In this document: piece after piece, positions 56,170-64,000 of the stretch
Layout: every line of letters begins with the position of its first letter
Position numbering within the stretch: position 1 is the first letter of the stretch
Source: Candidatus Raskinella chloraquaticus
GTDB taxonomy: Bacteria > Pseudomonadota > Alphaproteobacteria > Rhizobiales > UBA4765
DNA length: 64,000 nucleotides
Assembly (NCBI GenBank): GCA_002365175.1
Contig: DEZK01000012.1
Location: 3,330 to 67,329 of the forward strand
Direction: 5' to 3'
The notes under the pieces: generated by a model
What the model saw: the letters and a program-made list of their open reading frames with translations, nothing else
Told to the model about the DNA's origin: nothing
Database searches by the model: none
Program-made: the position numbers and the translations under genes

Positions 56170-56483
56170 GAGCGGGGTACCTTGAGGTGTTCGAGGGCGG
56201 ACAATATGGCGGGCGGATCACCGGCGATATCGACGAGCTTGCGCCGCGAGCTGGCGCCCTGCGCCAGGTCAAAACAGCGCCGCGGCAGGGCGAGCGCTTC
56301 GGCCAGAAGGCGCAGCAGGGCGTCATTGGCCTTGCCATCCTCAGGCGCAGCACGCACCCGCACCTTCTGCATGTGCCCGCCATCGCCAGCGATGATGCCG
56401 CCGATCGCGTCGCGGTCAGCCTTCGGTGTCAGGCGAACTGCCAGCCTCACGCCGTCGGCTGTGACATTCCAGGCATTTTGCAA
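56166..56483 (-). CDS. DUF167 (YggU) family protein
   Basis: [16 protein letters not shown]...[22 protein letters not shown]. The start is TTG. The stop overlaps the folD start. Confidence 0.8.
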   Translation of the reverse strand: MQNAWNVTADGVRLAVRLTPKADRDAIGGIIAGDGGHMQKVRVRAAPEDGKANDALLRLLAEALALPRRCFDLAQGASSRRKLVDIAGDPPAILSALEHLKVPRS

Positions 56484-56486
56484 ACC

Positions 56487-56834
56487 TCAGAGCCCGGCGC
56501 TGGCCACTGCCGGAATAAAATACCGGCCAATCAGGTCCTGGAGGAACCAGATGGCAAAAAGCGCCACCACCGGCGACAGATCAAGCCCGCCAAGATTGGG
56601 GATGACGCGCCGCAAGGGCCGCAATACCGGTTCGGTCAGACGATAGAGCAGATCGACAATCGAAGCGACGACGCGGTTATGCGTGTTGACGATATTGAAA
56701 GCGATCAGCCAGCTGGCGACCGCCGAAATAATCAGGATCCACGCATAGAACCCGAGAATCATATTGATCAGCAGAAGGACGGAAACCACGGACGGCTCCT
56801 TTTCGCGGTGAAACCATGGCGGTTCTATCTGCAT
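56487..56834 (-). CDS. yggT: YggT-family membrane protein
   Basis: ILIISAVASWLIAFNIVNTHNRVV...LTEPVLRPLRRVIPNLGGLDLSP is the YggT signature. The start is uncertain (ATG 56834, or a shorter GTG start). Confidence 0.8.
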   Translation of the reverse strand: MQIEPPWFHREKEPSVVSVLLLINMILGFYAWILIISAVASWLIAFNIVNTHNRVVASIVDLLYRLTEPVLRPLRRVIPNLGGLDLSPVVALFAIWFLQDLIGRYFIPAVASAGL

Positions 56835-56908
56835 GGCTCCCCAGCGGCAAGTCGCAAGCATCCTTGACACCTCGCCAATGCGCAACCTAAATGCCGCCTG
56901 TTCGGATC

Positions 56909-56984
56909 GGGGCTGTAGCTCAGTTGGGAGAGCGCCGCAATCGCACTGCGGAGGTCAGGGGTTCAAATCCCCTCAGCTCCACCA
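56909..56984 (+). tRNA. tRNA-Ala, anticodon CGC
   Basis: The cloverleaf was resolved by hand: acceptor GGGGCTG/CAGCTCC with the G3:U70 alanine identity pair, D arm GCTC-AGTTGGG-AGAGC, anticodon stem CCGCA/TGCGG with loop ATCGCAC, T arm AGGGG-TTCAAAT-CCCCT, and an encoded CCA. Confidence 0.95.
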
Positions 56985-57199
56985 CCGCTTCCGACCTATG
57001 ATTGACGCTGATACCGCGTGCTGACGCACGGCAGTGCTTCATGATCAGCACTGGTCAGCGCCCTGTGATGGTTCTACAAAATATCCAGAGCTTGTTCAGC
57101 GAAGTGCACTTTTCCACTCCTGGCGGCGGACAGGTGACCGGCCCAGACGGTGCAAGGGCCGTGGAAATGACAAGACGTGAACGGCAAACAGGATTGGTC

Positions 57200-57661
57200 A
57201 TGGGGTTCGACAAGACATTTTCGCTCCTGTCCCGGCTCATCGGTGGCAGCAGTGCGACTTTCGCGGACGACGACCCCCGCACGATATCCACCGCCCTGCT
57301 GTTGCGCGTCGCGGAAGCCGACGGCGTTGTCGCGGCAAGCGAGAACGCTGTCATACTCAATGTCATTCGCCGCGATTTCGGGCTCAGCGCCAGAGCTGCG
57401 AACGCGCTTGCGCTAGCCGGCGACAAGCTTGCGGCAGAAACCGATGACATCGCCCTTCTCGTGGAGCAGGCAAATCGCGGGCTTGATGCGCCAGGCCGCC
57501 TTCACCTCCTTGATCGTCTGTGGCAGGTGACGGTTGTCGATGATCGTGTCCACGAATTCGAGGATAATCTCGTCTGGCGCATTTCGGATCTCCTCGGTGT
57601 GCCGGTGCATGAACGCCTCGCCGCGCGCCAGCGCGCCGGCAAAGCGCGGCAGCCGCGTTGA
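57200..57661 (+). CDS. TerB-family (tellurite-resistance-like) protein
   Basis: MGFDKTFSLLSRLIGG...ALLLRVAEADGVVAASENAVILNVIRRDFGLS...HLLDRLWQVTVVDDRVHEFEDNLVWRISDLLGV. An alternative start lies at 57167. Confidence 0.7.
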   Translation: MGFDKTFSLLSRLIGGSSATFADDDPRTISTALLLRVAEADGVVAASENAVILNVIRRDFGLSARAANALALAGDKLAAETDDIALLVEQANRGLDAPGRLHLLDRLWQVTVVDDRVHEFEDNLVWRISDLLGVPVHERLAARQRAGKARQPR

Positions 57662-57696
57662 GACAGCGTTGAGAATTGGCGGTTAAGATAGGTCGG

Positions 57697-58482
57697 ATGT
57701 CGAAAATATTGATCATTCTCCATCAGGAAAATTCCTCGCCCGGTCGCGTTGGGCTGGCGCTGGAGGCGCGTGGTTACAGTCTCGATATCCGCCGCCCGCG
57801 CTTTGGCGATGCCTTGCCCTCGACCATGAGCGAGCATGCCGGCGCGGTGATTTTCGGCGGGCCGATGAGTGCCAACGACAATGATGATTTCCTCAAAACG
57901 GAAACCGACTGGATCGGCATTCCCCTGAAGGAGAACAAGCCCTATCTCGGCCTTTGTCTGGGGGCCCAGATGCTGGCGCGCCATCTCGGCGCCCGCGTCT
58001 ACAAGCACGCCGAAGGGCGCGTCGAGGTCGGCTATCATCCCATCCGCCCGACCACCATCGGCGCTGAAATGATGAGTTGGCCGGAGCGCGTCTATCAATG
58101 GCACAATGAGGGGTTCGACTGCCCGCACGGGGCAACGCTGCTGGCTGAGGGGGACGAATTTCCCGTTCAGGCGGTCCGCGTCGGTGCGGCAGCCTACGGG
58201 CTGCAGTTCCACCCCGAGCTGACCCACGCCATGATGTATCGCTGGACAGTCCGTGGCGCTCATCGTTTTTCCTCGCCTGGCGCGCAGGATCGCGACCAGC
58301 AATTAGCGTTGCGCTATGAGTATGATCCGCCGCTGGTACAGTTTCTCGGCGCGTTTCTTGATCTCTGGCTGCACCCTCAAAAGGCGCAGGCGGCAGCGAG
58401 CGCCGGTGCCGGCGCGCCGGCGCAGCGTGCCTTCAGCGCCACTTGCGATGAAGCCACAGCCATTGCCCGGGATATTCGCTGA
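57697..58482 (+). CDS. Class I glutamine amidotransferase-like protein
   Basis: MSKILIILHQENSSPGRVG...PYLGLCLGAQMLARHLGA (nucleophile elbow GxCxGxQ)...LQFHPE. Confidence 0.85.
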   Translation: MSKILIILHQENSSPGRVGLALEARGYSLDIRRPRFGDALPSTMSEHAGAVIFGGPMSANDNDDFLKTETDWIGIPLKENKPYLGLCLGAQMLARHLGARVYKHAEGRVEVGYHPIRPTTIGAEMMSWPERVYQWHNEGFDCPHGATLLAEGDEFPVQAVRVGAAAYGLQFHPELTHAMMYRWTVRGAHRFSSPGAQDRDQQLALRYEYDPPLVQFLGAFLDLWLHPQKAQAAASAGAGAPAQRAFSATCDEATAIARDIR

Positions 58483-59362
58483 TCCAGCTTTCAAAGCGTC
58501 GGTTCATCACGTCGACCGCGCCCGCAGGATCAATACGCCCGCTCTGATCGCGCGGGAGCGCCAGCGGCTCCGATAATTCAACGCGAAACCTGTAGCCGGG
58601 CAGGCGCACCACGCGCACCGCATGGACTGGACAATCATGGAGGCGGGCCAGCCGCGCGAATGCCTGATTATTCAGCGTTTCAATACCGAAAAAGGCTGAC
58701 CGGATACCCGCATAGAAATATTGATCCGTCAGCATGCCAAGATGCACGCCCCTCTCCAGCACCGCGCTCAGAGCGTGCATCGAGCCGTGGCGCGAGGCGA
58801 TGAGTTCGCCCATCGTCACCTCGCGCTGGGCATAGACCCAGCGGGCGATCCAGCGATTATTCGGCGCGCGGAAGAGGGCCGCCGCCTCCAGCCCGTGGGC
58901 GCTGGCCGCGACCATCGGCAATTCCCAATTGCCGAGATGGGCGGAGATGATGATCGCCGGCTTGTTATCATCGCGCAGCGCGTAAAAATGCTCAGTGCCG
59001 ACAATGTCGATCCGGCCGGCCGCCGGGTCTTCAGGACGAAGGTCCCAGATATGATCGAGATGGCAATATTCGACAGCGACCCGGCCGAGATTGTCCCAGC
59101 ATTCGCTCAGCACGGCGCGGTGCCACGCCTCATCCTTGTGGGGAAAGGCGCGCCGCAGATTGGCCATGCCGACCCGCTCCGACACCGGCAGCATCCGCCC
59201 GATTTTTCGTGCGATGAAACCACCCCATCCCGCCGCTTTCTCCGCCGGCACCAGGCGGACGACATGAAAAACGGCGGCGACGGCTAACGCAGCAGAAAAA
59301 TCGCGAAGGTCGCGGCTCCAGCGGTAAAGCCGCGCCAGGATGCGGCGCAGGACCGGTGTCAC
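58433..59362 (-). CDS. lpxXL: Lipid A very-long-chain acyltransferase (LpxL/HtrB family)
   Basis: IISAHLGNWELP (HX4-type acyltransferase motif) and C-terminus ...YPGQWLWLHRKWR. The GTG start overlaps the upstream stop. It is the last gene of the acpXL cluster. Confidence 0.8.
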   Translation of the reverse strand: MTPVLRRILARLYRWSRDLRDFSAALAVAAVFHVVRLVPAEKAAGWGGFIARKIGRMLPVSERVGMANLRRAFPHKDEAWHRAVLSECWDNLGRVAVEYCHLDHIWDLRPEDPAAGRIDIVGTEHFYALRDDNKPAIIISAHLGNWELPMVAASAHGLEAAALFRAPNNRWIARWVYAQREVTMGELIASRHGSMHALSAVLERGVHLGMLTDQYFYAGIRSAFFGIETLNNQAFARLARLHDCPVHAVRVVRLPGYRFRVELSEPLALPRDQSGRIDPAGAVDVMNRRFESWISEYPGQWLWLHRKWR

Positions 59363-60381
59363 AGCTTCACAACAACCTTGCCGAAGACGCGTCGGCTTTC
59401 CAGCCGCTCAAGTCCGACGCCGAAATCGTCAATGGCAATTTCAGTATCAATTGTCGGCTTGAGACCGATTGCCATCTTCTGCAGCCCGTCGGCGATGTTG
59501 CGCATGGACGCGCCGAAGGAGCCGAAGATGTGATATTGCTGCTGGAAGAGCTGCATCAGATTCATCTGCGTGGAAATGCCCGATGTCGAGCCGCAGGTCA
59601 CCAGCCGTCCACCGCGCTTCAGGGACAGGAGCGACCCGTTCCACGTATCAACACCCGTATGCTCGAAGACAACGTCGACACCCTTCTTAGCCGTAAGCCG
59701 CCTGACTTTGCTCTCGAAGCGATCCTCGCGGTAATTGATGACATGGTCAGCGCCAAGCGCCCTTGCCTTGGCGGCTTTTTCGTCATCGCCAACGGTCGTG
59801 ATGACGGTCGCTCCTATCGCCTTGGCAAGCGTGATGGCGGCCGTGCCGATGCCCGACCCTCCCGCCTGCACGAGGATCGTCTCGCCGCGCTCCAGCCGGG
59901 CATTGTCAAACAGCATGTGCTCGACGGTGGAGAAGGTGATCGGCGCACAGGCAGCATCAACCGCGCTGACGCCCTTGGGTACCGGTATGGCAAGGCGCGC
60001 CGGCATGTTCAGAACGTCCCGGGCAAAACCGTCGATGTGGAAGCCCATGATGCCGGCGACATTCTCGCACAGATTGTCGCGACCCGCCCGGCAGGCCTTG
60101 CAGGTACTGCAGGTGATTGCACCATACATGACGACAAGATCGCCCTGCGCAAAACCGTCCACCCCGACACCAAGGGCTACAATTTCGCCCGAGGCTTCCG
60201 CCCCCACGACAATCGGCAGCGTGCGCTTGGCGAACGCCATGCCGCGAAAACCCCAGACGTCAATGTGGTTGAGCGCAATCGCCTTGATGCGAATTTGGAC
60301 CTCGCCGGCGGCAGGCGGCGGCGGCGCTGGGATATCGACCAGTTCAAGCTGACGTTCGGCAATGAGGCGAAGGGCGCGCAT
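59359..60381 (-). CDS. adhA2XL: Zinc-dependent alcohol dehydrogenase family protein of the acpXL cluster
   Basis: MRALRLIAERQLELVDIPAPPP...GHEASGEI-like GAEASGEIVALG, a CSTCKAC zinc site and GGSGIG Rossmann motif. Its position matches the rhizobial cluster. Confidence 0.75.
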   Translation of the reverse strand: MRALRLIAERQLELVDIPAPPPPAAGEVQIRIKAIALNHIDVWGFRGMAFAKRTLPIVVGAEASGEIVALGVGVDGFAQGDLVVMYGAITCSTCKACRAGRDNLCENVAGIMGFHIDGFARDVLNMPARLAIPVPKGVSAVDAACAPITFSTVEHMLFDNARLERGETILVQAGGSGIGTAAITLAKAIGATVITTVGDDEKAAKARALGADHVINYREDRFESKVRRLTAKKGVDVVFEHTGVDTWNGSLLSLKRGGRLVTCGSTSGISTQMNLMQLFQQQYHIFGSFGASMRNIADGLQKMAIGLKPTIDTEIAIDDFGVGLERLESRRVFGKVVVKL

Positions 60382-60405
60382 GGGAGGTACCTGCTGTTGG
60401 CTCGT

Positions 60406-61680
60406 TCACACCGGTTCGCCGGCAAGCACGAGCGCGACATTCTGTCCGCCAAAGCCGAAGGAATTCGACATGACGCGCCTGACGCGGGCGGCTCGTGCGG
60501 AGTTGGGAACAACGTCGAGGCTGATCGTCGGGTCCGGCAGAGCATAATTGATTGTGGGTGGCAGTGTCTGGTTGGCAATCGTCATCAGCGAGATCACCGC
60601 CTCGACAGCGCCAGCTGCCGTCAACGTATGGCCGATCATCGATTTGTTCGACGAGATCGGCACGCTCGCCATATGATCGCCGAAGACGGCGCTGCAGGCC
60701 AGCGCCTCCATCTTGTCGTTTTCCGGTGTGCTGGTGCCGTGCGCGTTGATGTAATCGATATCACCTGCCGTGACGCCGGCATCCTCGAGCGCCAGCGTCA
60801 TCGACGCCATCATCGCCTTGCCGTCGGGATTGGGCCGGGTGCGGTGGAAGCTTTCCGCCCGCTCGCCGCAGCCCTCAACCACGCCGAGAATGGTGGCGCC
60901 CCGCGCGCGGGCTGATGACAGGCTTTCCAGGACCAGCGCCGCCGCGCCCTCGGCCATGACAAAGCCGCCACGGTTTTTCGAAAAGGGACGGGAGGCTCCC
61001 TCCGGCGGATCATTCTGGGTGGACAGCGCCGACAGCAGCGAAAAGCGGACGAGGGTTTCGGGATGGATCGAGCCATCCGTGCCGACCGTCAGCGCGGCGT
61101 CCGTTTCACCGCGCCGGATCGCCTCGACGCCAAGCTGTATGGCGGTCGCCCCTGACGCGCAGGCGGTCGACAGCGAGATCGGCGAGCCGAGCGTCCCGAA
61201 GCGATCAGCGATACGCTCCGCAACCCCGCCATAAAGAAAGAGAGGGTGCCAGTCGCCGTGACGCCCGGCAACATTGCGCCACAGATCGGGATAGGTGATG
61301 GGCCCGTCCGCGTTCAGTTCGCGCGCCAGGGTTTCACGATGCGGCCATTCAACCTCGACCGGGGGAACGGCGATGAACAAGGGGCCGGGGAAACGCCCCG
61401 GTGCGCCGATCTTCGCCTGCACGATGGCCTCGTCTGCCGCCGTTTCGGCCAGCGCATGTGACAGTTCAGGGCTGGAGACTGCCTCCTTGAGCAAAAAGTC
61501 GACGGTGCCGCCAATCCGCGTCTTGAGCCCGTCGGTGGGAAAGCGTTCGATAAGCTTGATGCCTGATTGTCCGGCGGCAAGCTGGCGCCAGTTCTCGTGC
61601 TTTCCGGCGCCAAGCGAGGTGATCATGCCAGCGCCGGTGACGACGACGATCGGACGACCTTGTGAATCATGATCCTTCAT
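60406..61680 (-). CDS. fabF1XL: Beta-ketoacyl-ACP synthase II-like
   Basis: The ATG at 61680 follows GAGGAGA. MKDHDSQGRPIVVVTGAGMITSLG..., active-site STACASG, and HGTSTP...IGHTLTAAG...SNSFGFGGQN. Confidence 0.8.
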   Translation of the reverse strand: MKDHDSQGRPIVVVTGAGMITSLGAGKHENWRQLAAGQSGIKLIERFPTDGLKTRIGGTVDFLLKEAVSSPELSHALAETAADEAIVQAKIGAPGRFPGPLFIAVPPVEVEWPHRETLARELNADGPITYPDLWRNVAGRHGDWHPLFLYGGVAERIADRFGTLGSPISLSTACASGATAIQLGVEAIRRGETDAALTVGTDGSIHPETLVRFSLLSALSTQNDPPEGASRPFSKNRGGFVMAEGAAALVLESLSSARARGATILGVVEGCGERAESFHRTRPNPDGKAMMASMTLALEDAGVTAGDIDYINAHGTSTPENDKMEALACSAVFGDHMASVPISSNKSMIGHTLTAAGAVEAVISLMTIANQTLPPTINYALPDPTISLDVVPNSARAARVRRVMSNSFGFGGQNVALVLAGEPV

Positions 61681-61690
61681 TGCCGTCTCC

Positions 61691-62890
61691 TCAGGCTTTG
61701 CCAACCATGATCAGGCCTTCGCCACGCCAATGCCCAACGCTTGTCACCAGGATATGCGATGGCGTTGCAGCAGCGGTTTCGATGACGTCGTTTCCAAAAG
61801 CCGGCAGGAAATCGTCGCGCGACAGGGCAAGCGCTGCAAGCGCCACATTGGCTGGCGCGCTGGCTTCGAACGAATGGCCAAGACGTGAGCCGGTGGCGCG
61901 CACCGCAATCGCGCGTTCCCTGGCAAGTGTCGTGAGAAAGGCATGCTCCTCGGTGGTTGCGGTCGCGATACCGCTGGCGCCCGAAAGGACGCCCATGGTC
62001 TCGTTCGTCATCGCCGGCGCCACGCCCCGCCACAGCCGTGACAGCCGGTCGGCAGTGGCGCCCGGTGAGCGCGCGCCACGATCAACCGCAATGGCGCCGA
62101 GACTGGCGAGCACCCGCATGTTACGCGCCTCGGCATGTTCGCGCGCCTCGATGACCAGAAATGCGCCCACCCCGCCCATGATCATGCCACCACCCTGTGC
62201 CGCCCGCTCCCATACGGGCACATAGTGATCCTTGATCAGCCCGTTGGCGAAGGCATAGATGATGCTCATATCCGGGCGATGCGCCGAATAGGAGCCGCCG
62301 ACGAGCCCAAGATCGGCCTGGCCGGCGCGGATGCGTGCCGCCATGATGCGCAGGGCATCGAACCCCGCCGGTTCTTCCCCCATGAAGGTCCGCGACGAGC
62401 CGACGACGCCGTGCACGATCGAGATGTTGCCAGCCAGCAGGTTTGACAATTGTGCCAGAAAGAGCGTCGGGCGCAGATCATTGGCCAGCCGCTCATTGAG
62501 ATAGGCACCCTTGTTCTGCGCCTGGCGCATGCCCGACATGATCGCTTCATCAACCGCGATATCGCGCTCGCCGCCACCTGCTGCCGTCACCATATGCGTG
62601 CGGCCCAGAAGCTCGCCATTGCCAGCAACGCCCGCATCCTGCAGGGCAAGTCCCGCCGCATAGACGCCGATGCGCTGCCACGGCTCCATCTGCCGCTGAT
62701 CACCCTTGCGCGGAATCTGCTGATCATAGTCAATGGGCGCGATGGGGTGGACGGGAAAAGGTGGCGTCACGGCGAGATCGATCACCGGCGCCACGCCCGC
62801 GCGCAAGGCCTGCCAGTTGGCGTCATTGCCAACCCCCAGAGATGTCACCAGACCGATCCCGGTGATGACCACGTCACGCGGATGTCTCAT
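61691..62890 (-). CDS. fabF2XL: Beta-ketoacyl-ACP synthase-like partner subunit
   Basis: MRHPRDVVITGIGLVTSLG... shows the KAS fold, with a divergent active-site region compared with the downstream paralog. Confidence 0.75.
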   Translation of the reverse strand: MRHPRDVVITGIGLVTSLGVGNDANWQALRAGVAPVIDLAVTPPFPVHPIAPIDYDQQIPRKGDQRQMEPWQRIGVYAAGLALQDAGVAGNGELLGRTHMVTAAGGGERDIAVDEAIMSGMRQAQNKGAYLNERLANDLRPTLFLAQLSNLLAGNISIVHGVVGSSRTFMGEEPAGFDALRIMAARIRAGQADLGLVGGSYSAHRPDMSIIYAFANGLIKDHYVPVWERAAQGGGMIMGGVGAFLVIEAREHAEARNMRVLASLGAIAVDRGARSPGATADRLSRLWRGVAPAMTNETMGVLSGASGIATATTEEHAFLTTLARERAIAVRATGSRLGHSFEASAPANVALAALALSRDDFLPAFGNDVIETAAATPSHILVTSVGHWRGEGLIMVGKA

Positions 62891-63357
62891 GAGCTGCCTG
62901 CCTCTGTGAGCAGGCGCAGTTGCTGCGCCCGCTTGCGCATCACACCTGCAAACGCGTCATCGGGAAACGGCATGATACGAAAGAGGATTTCCGCGTCGCA
63001 CACTTTCTTGCCGCCGCTGGCAATCGCCGTTTTGGCAATCGAATAGCCCGACCCCTCGTGGATGAGGCGCGCGTCGATATCGAGCATCTGGCCGGGCTCA
63101 ACGAAGGAGCGCAGCTTTGCTTCCTTCACGCCGGACAGAAAAGGCATGCGGGTAAATCCGTTGAGCGCGAGAATGAGATAGCCCGCCGCTTGCGCCTGCG
63201 TCTCGATCAGCATAACGCCCGGCATCAGGGGATAGCCCGGAAAATGGCCCTCGAATACCGGGCTCGTGAGCGGCACTGTCGCCCGCGAACGCGACGTGGC
63301 GGCCGCCTGATCAAGCGCCACCACTTCGTCGATCATCTGGAAATATTCAAGTTCCAT
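62887..63357 (-). CDS. fabZXL: 3-hydroxyacyl-ACP dehydratase (FabZ/FabA hot-dog fold)
   Basis: FEGHFPGYPLMPGVMLIETQAQ is the catalytic His motif. The ATG at 63357 is preferred to the TTG at 63363. Confidence 0.85.
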   Translation of the reverse strand: MELEYFQMIDEVVALDQAAATSRSRATVPLTSPVFEGHFPGYPLMPGVMLIETQAQAAGYLILALNGFTRMPFLSGVKEAKLRSFVEPGQMLDIDARLIHEGSGYSIAKTAIASGGKKVCDAEILFRIMPFPDDAFAGVMRKRAQQLRLLTEAGSS

Positions 63358-63403
63358 GGTCAACGAGCCTCAAGCGCAGCGACGGCCCGGCGCTGGAACC
63401 GGC

Positions 63404-63682
63404 TCATGCCGTTTTGGCGGCGACCAGCCTGTCGATTTCAGCCGACAGATTTCCAAGCACGAAATATTGTTCGGTCTTGGCCCGACCATCCGAGATATCC
63501 TGCGTCCATTGCTCGACCGGCAGCTTGATGCCGAATTTCTTGTCGATAGCATAGGTGACATCGAGGAAATCCAGGCTATCAATGCCAAGCTCATCGATGG
63601 CATGGCTCGCCGGCGTGATCTTGTCACGCTCGAGACTGCATGTCTCGGCAATGATGTCGGCGATGGTTTCGAAAGTCGACAT
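63404..63682 (-). CDS. acpXL: Specialised acyl carrier protein for lipid A very-long-chain fatty acid
   Basis: The 92-aa product has the phosphopantetheine site [11 protein letters not shown]. It is the first gene of the cluster. Confidence 0.85.
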   Translation of the reverse strand: MSTFETIADIIAETCSLERDKITPASHAIDELGIDSLDFLDVTYAIDKKFGIKLPVEQWTQDISDGRAKTEQYFVLGNLSAEIDRLVAAKTA

Positions 63683-63846
63683 GCGAACTCCTGATAGAGG
63701 CTTTGTGGCGACGCCAGAATGCGCCCTGCCCCGTTGACGGGAAGCATTTAACCAAGGTCGCGCTTTGGCGCAACGCTTGATCGATCGGAAGGCCGGGCAT
63801 CCGAAACAGCGTGCGCGTCGTATTGTCAGATAACCGGGAGAAAGTC

Positions 63847-64000
63847 ATGAAGCAAATGAACCTTGGCCGTTGGCGCTGGAAAGAGACGTGCCTTGCCCTC
63901 ACTGTGCTGGCGGGCAGCTTCAGCGCGCTGACGCCGGCGAATGCTGCGCCGCTTGTCCTTGAGCGCTGGTTTGCGGGTCAGACCATTGGCGAAGGGACGG
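63847..64000 (+). CDS. Exported protein of unknown function. Only the N-terminal 51 aa lie within the window.
   Basis: The ATG at 63847 gives MKQMNLGRWRWKETCLALTVLAGSFSALTPANAAPLVLERWFAGQTIGEGT. A signal peptide is evident and the ORF is open to the window end. Confidence 0.5.
   Translation, partial: MKQMNLGRWRWKETCLALTVLAGSFSALTPANAAPLVLERWFAGQTIGEGT

Overview
High-GC alphaproteobacterial chromosome segment of Hyphomicrobiales/Rhizobiales type. The taxonomic call rests on the acpXL-lpxXL very-long-chain fatty-acid lipid A cluster, an imuA-imuB-dnaE2 cassette behind a GTTC-N7-GTTC LexA box, and divergent oxyR/catalase genes. Gene density is high and most long antisense ORFs in the supplied track are GC-driven shadow ORFs. 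Housekeeping content includes cspA, hydantoinase A/B, glpK, the large NAD-glutamate dehydrogenase, purH, rsmB, folD, yggT/DUF167, tRNA-Ala(CGC), OmpW, an MsbA-like exporter and a PagL-like deacylase. Three regions stand out. (1) 28.3-39.5 kb holds two convergent operons that together look like a self-contained cyclic-nucleotide signalling system. On the minus strand are a Slam-like TPR+barrel outer-membrane protein (frameshifted at a (GC)5 tract), a secreted FecR-domain protein ending in a TbpB-type beta-barrel, an MloK1-like cNMP-gated channel lacking the K+ selectivity filter, and a CHASE2 class III nucleotide cyclase. On the plus strand are an MBL hydrolase with a class-II-phosphodiesterase-like motif and a 1022-aa ABC-type protein with a degenerate ATPase site and a C-terminal cNMP-binding domain. 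(2) 13.0-19.4 kb is a nine-gene operon: nitroreductase, a polar amino-acid ABC importer, RidA and three tandem DUF1989 (carboxyguanidine-deiminase-family) paralogs, with no carboxylase or regulator nearby. (3) 6.2-7.4 kb is a lower-GC gene for a membrane-anchored pentapeptide-like repeat protein built from a 33-bp/11-aa periodic repeat. No CRISPR array, rRNA, transposase or integrase was seen.
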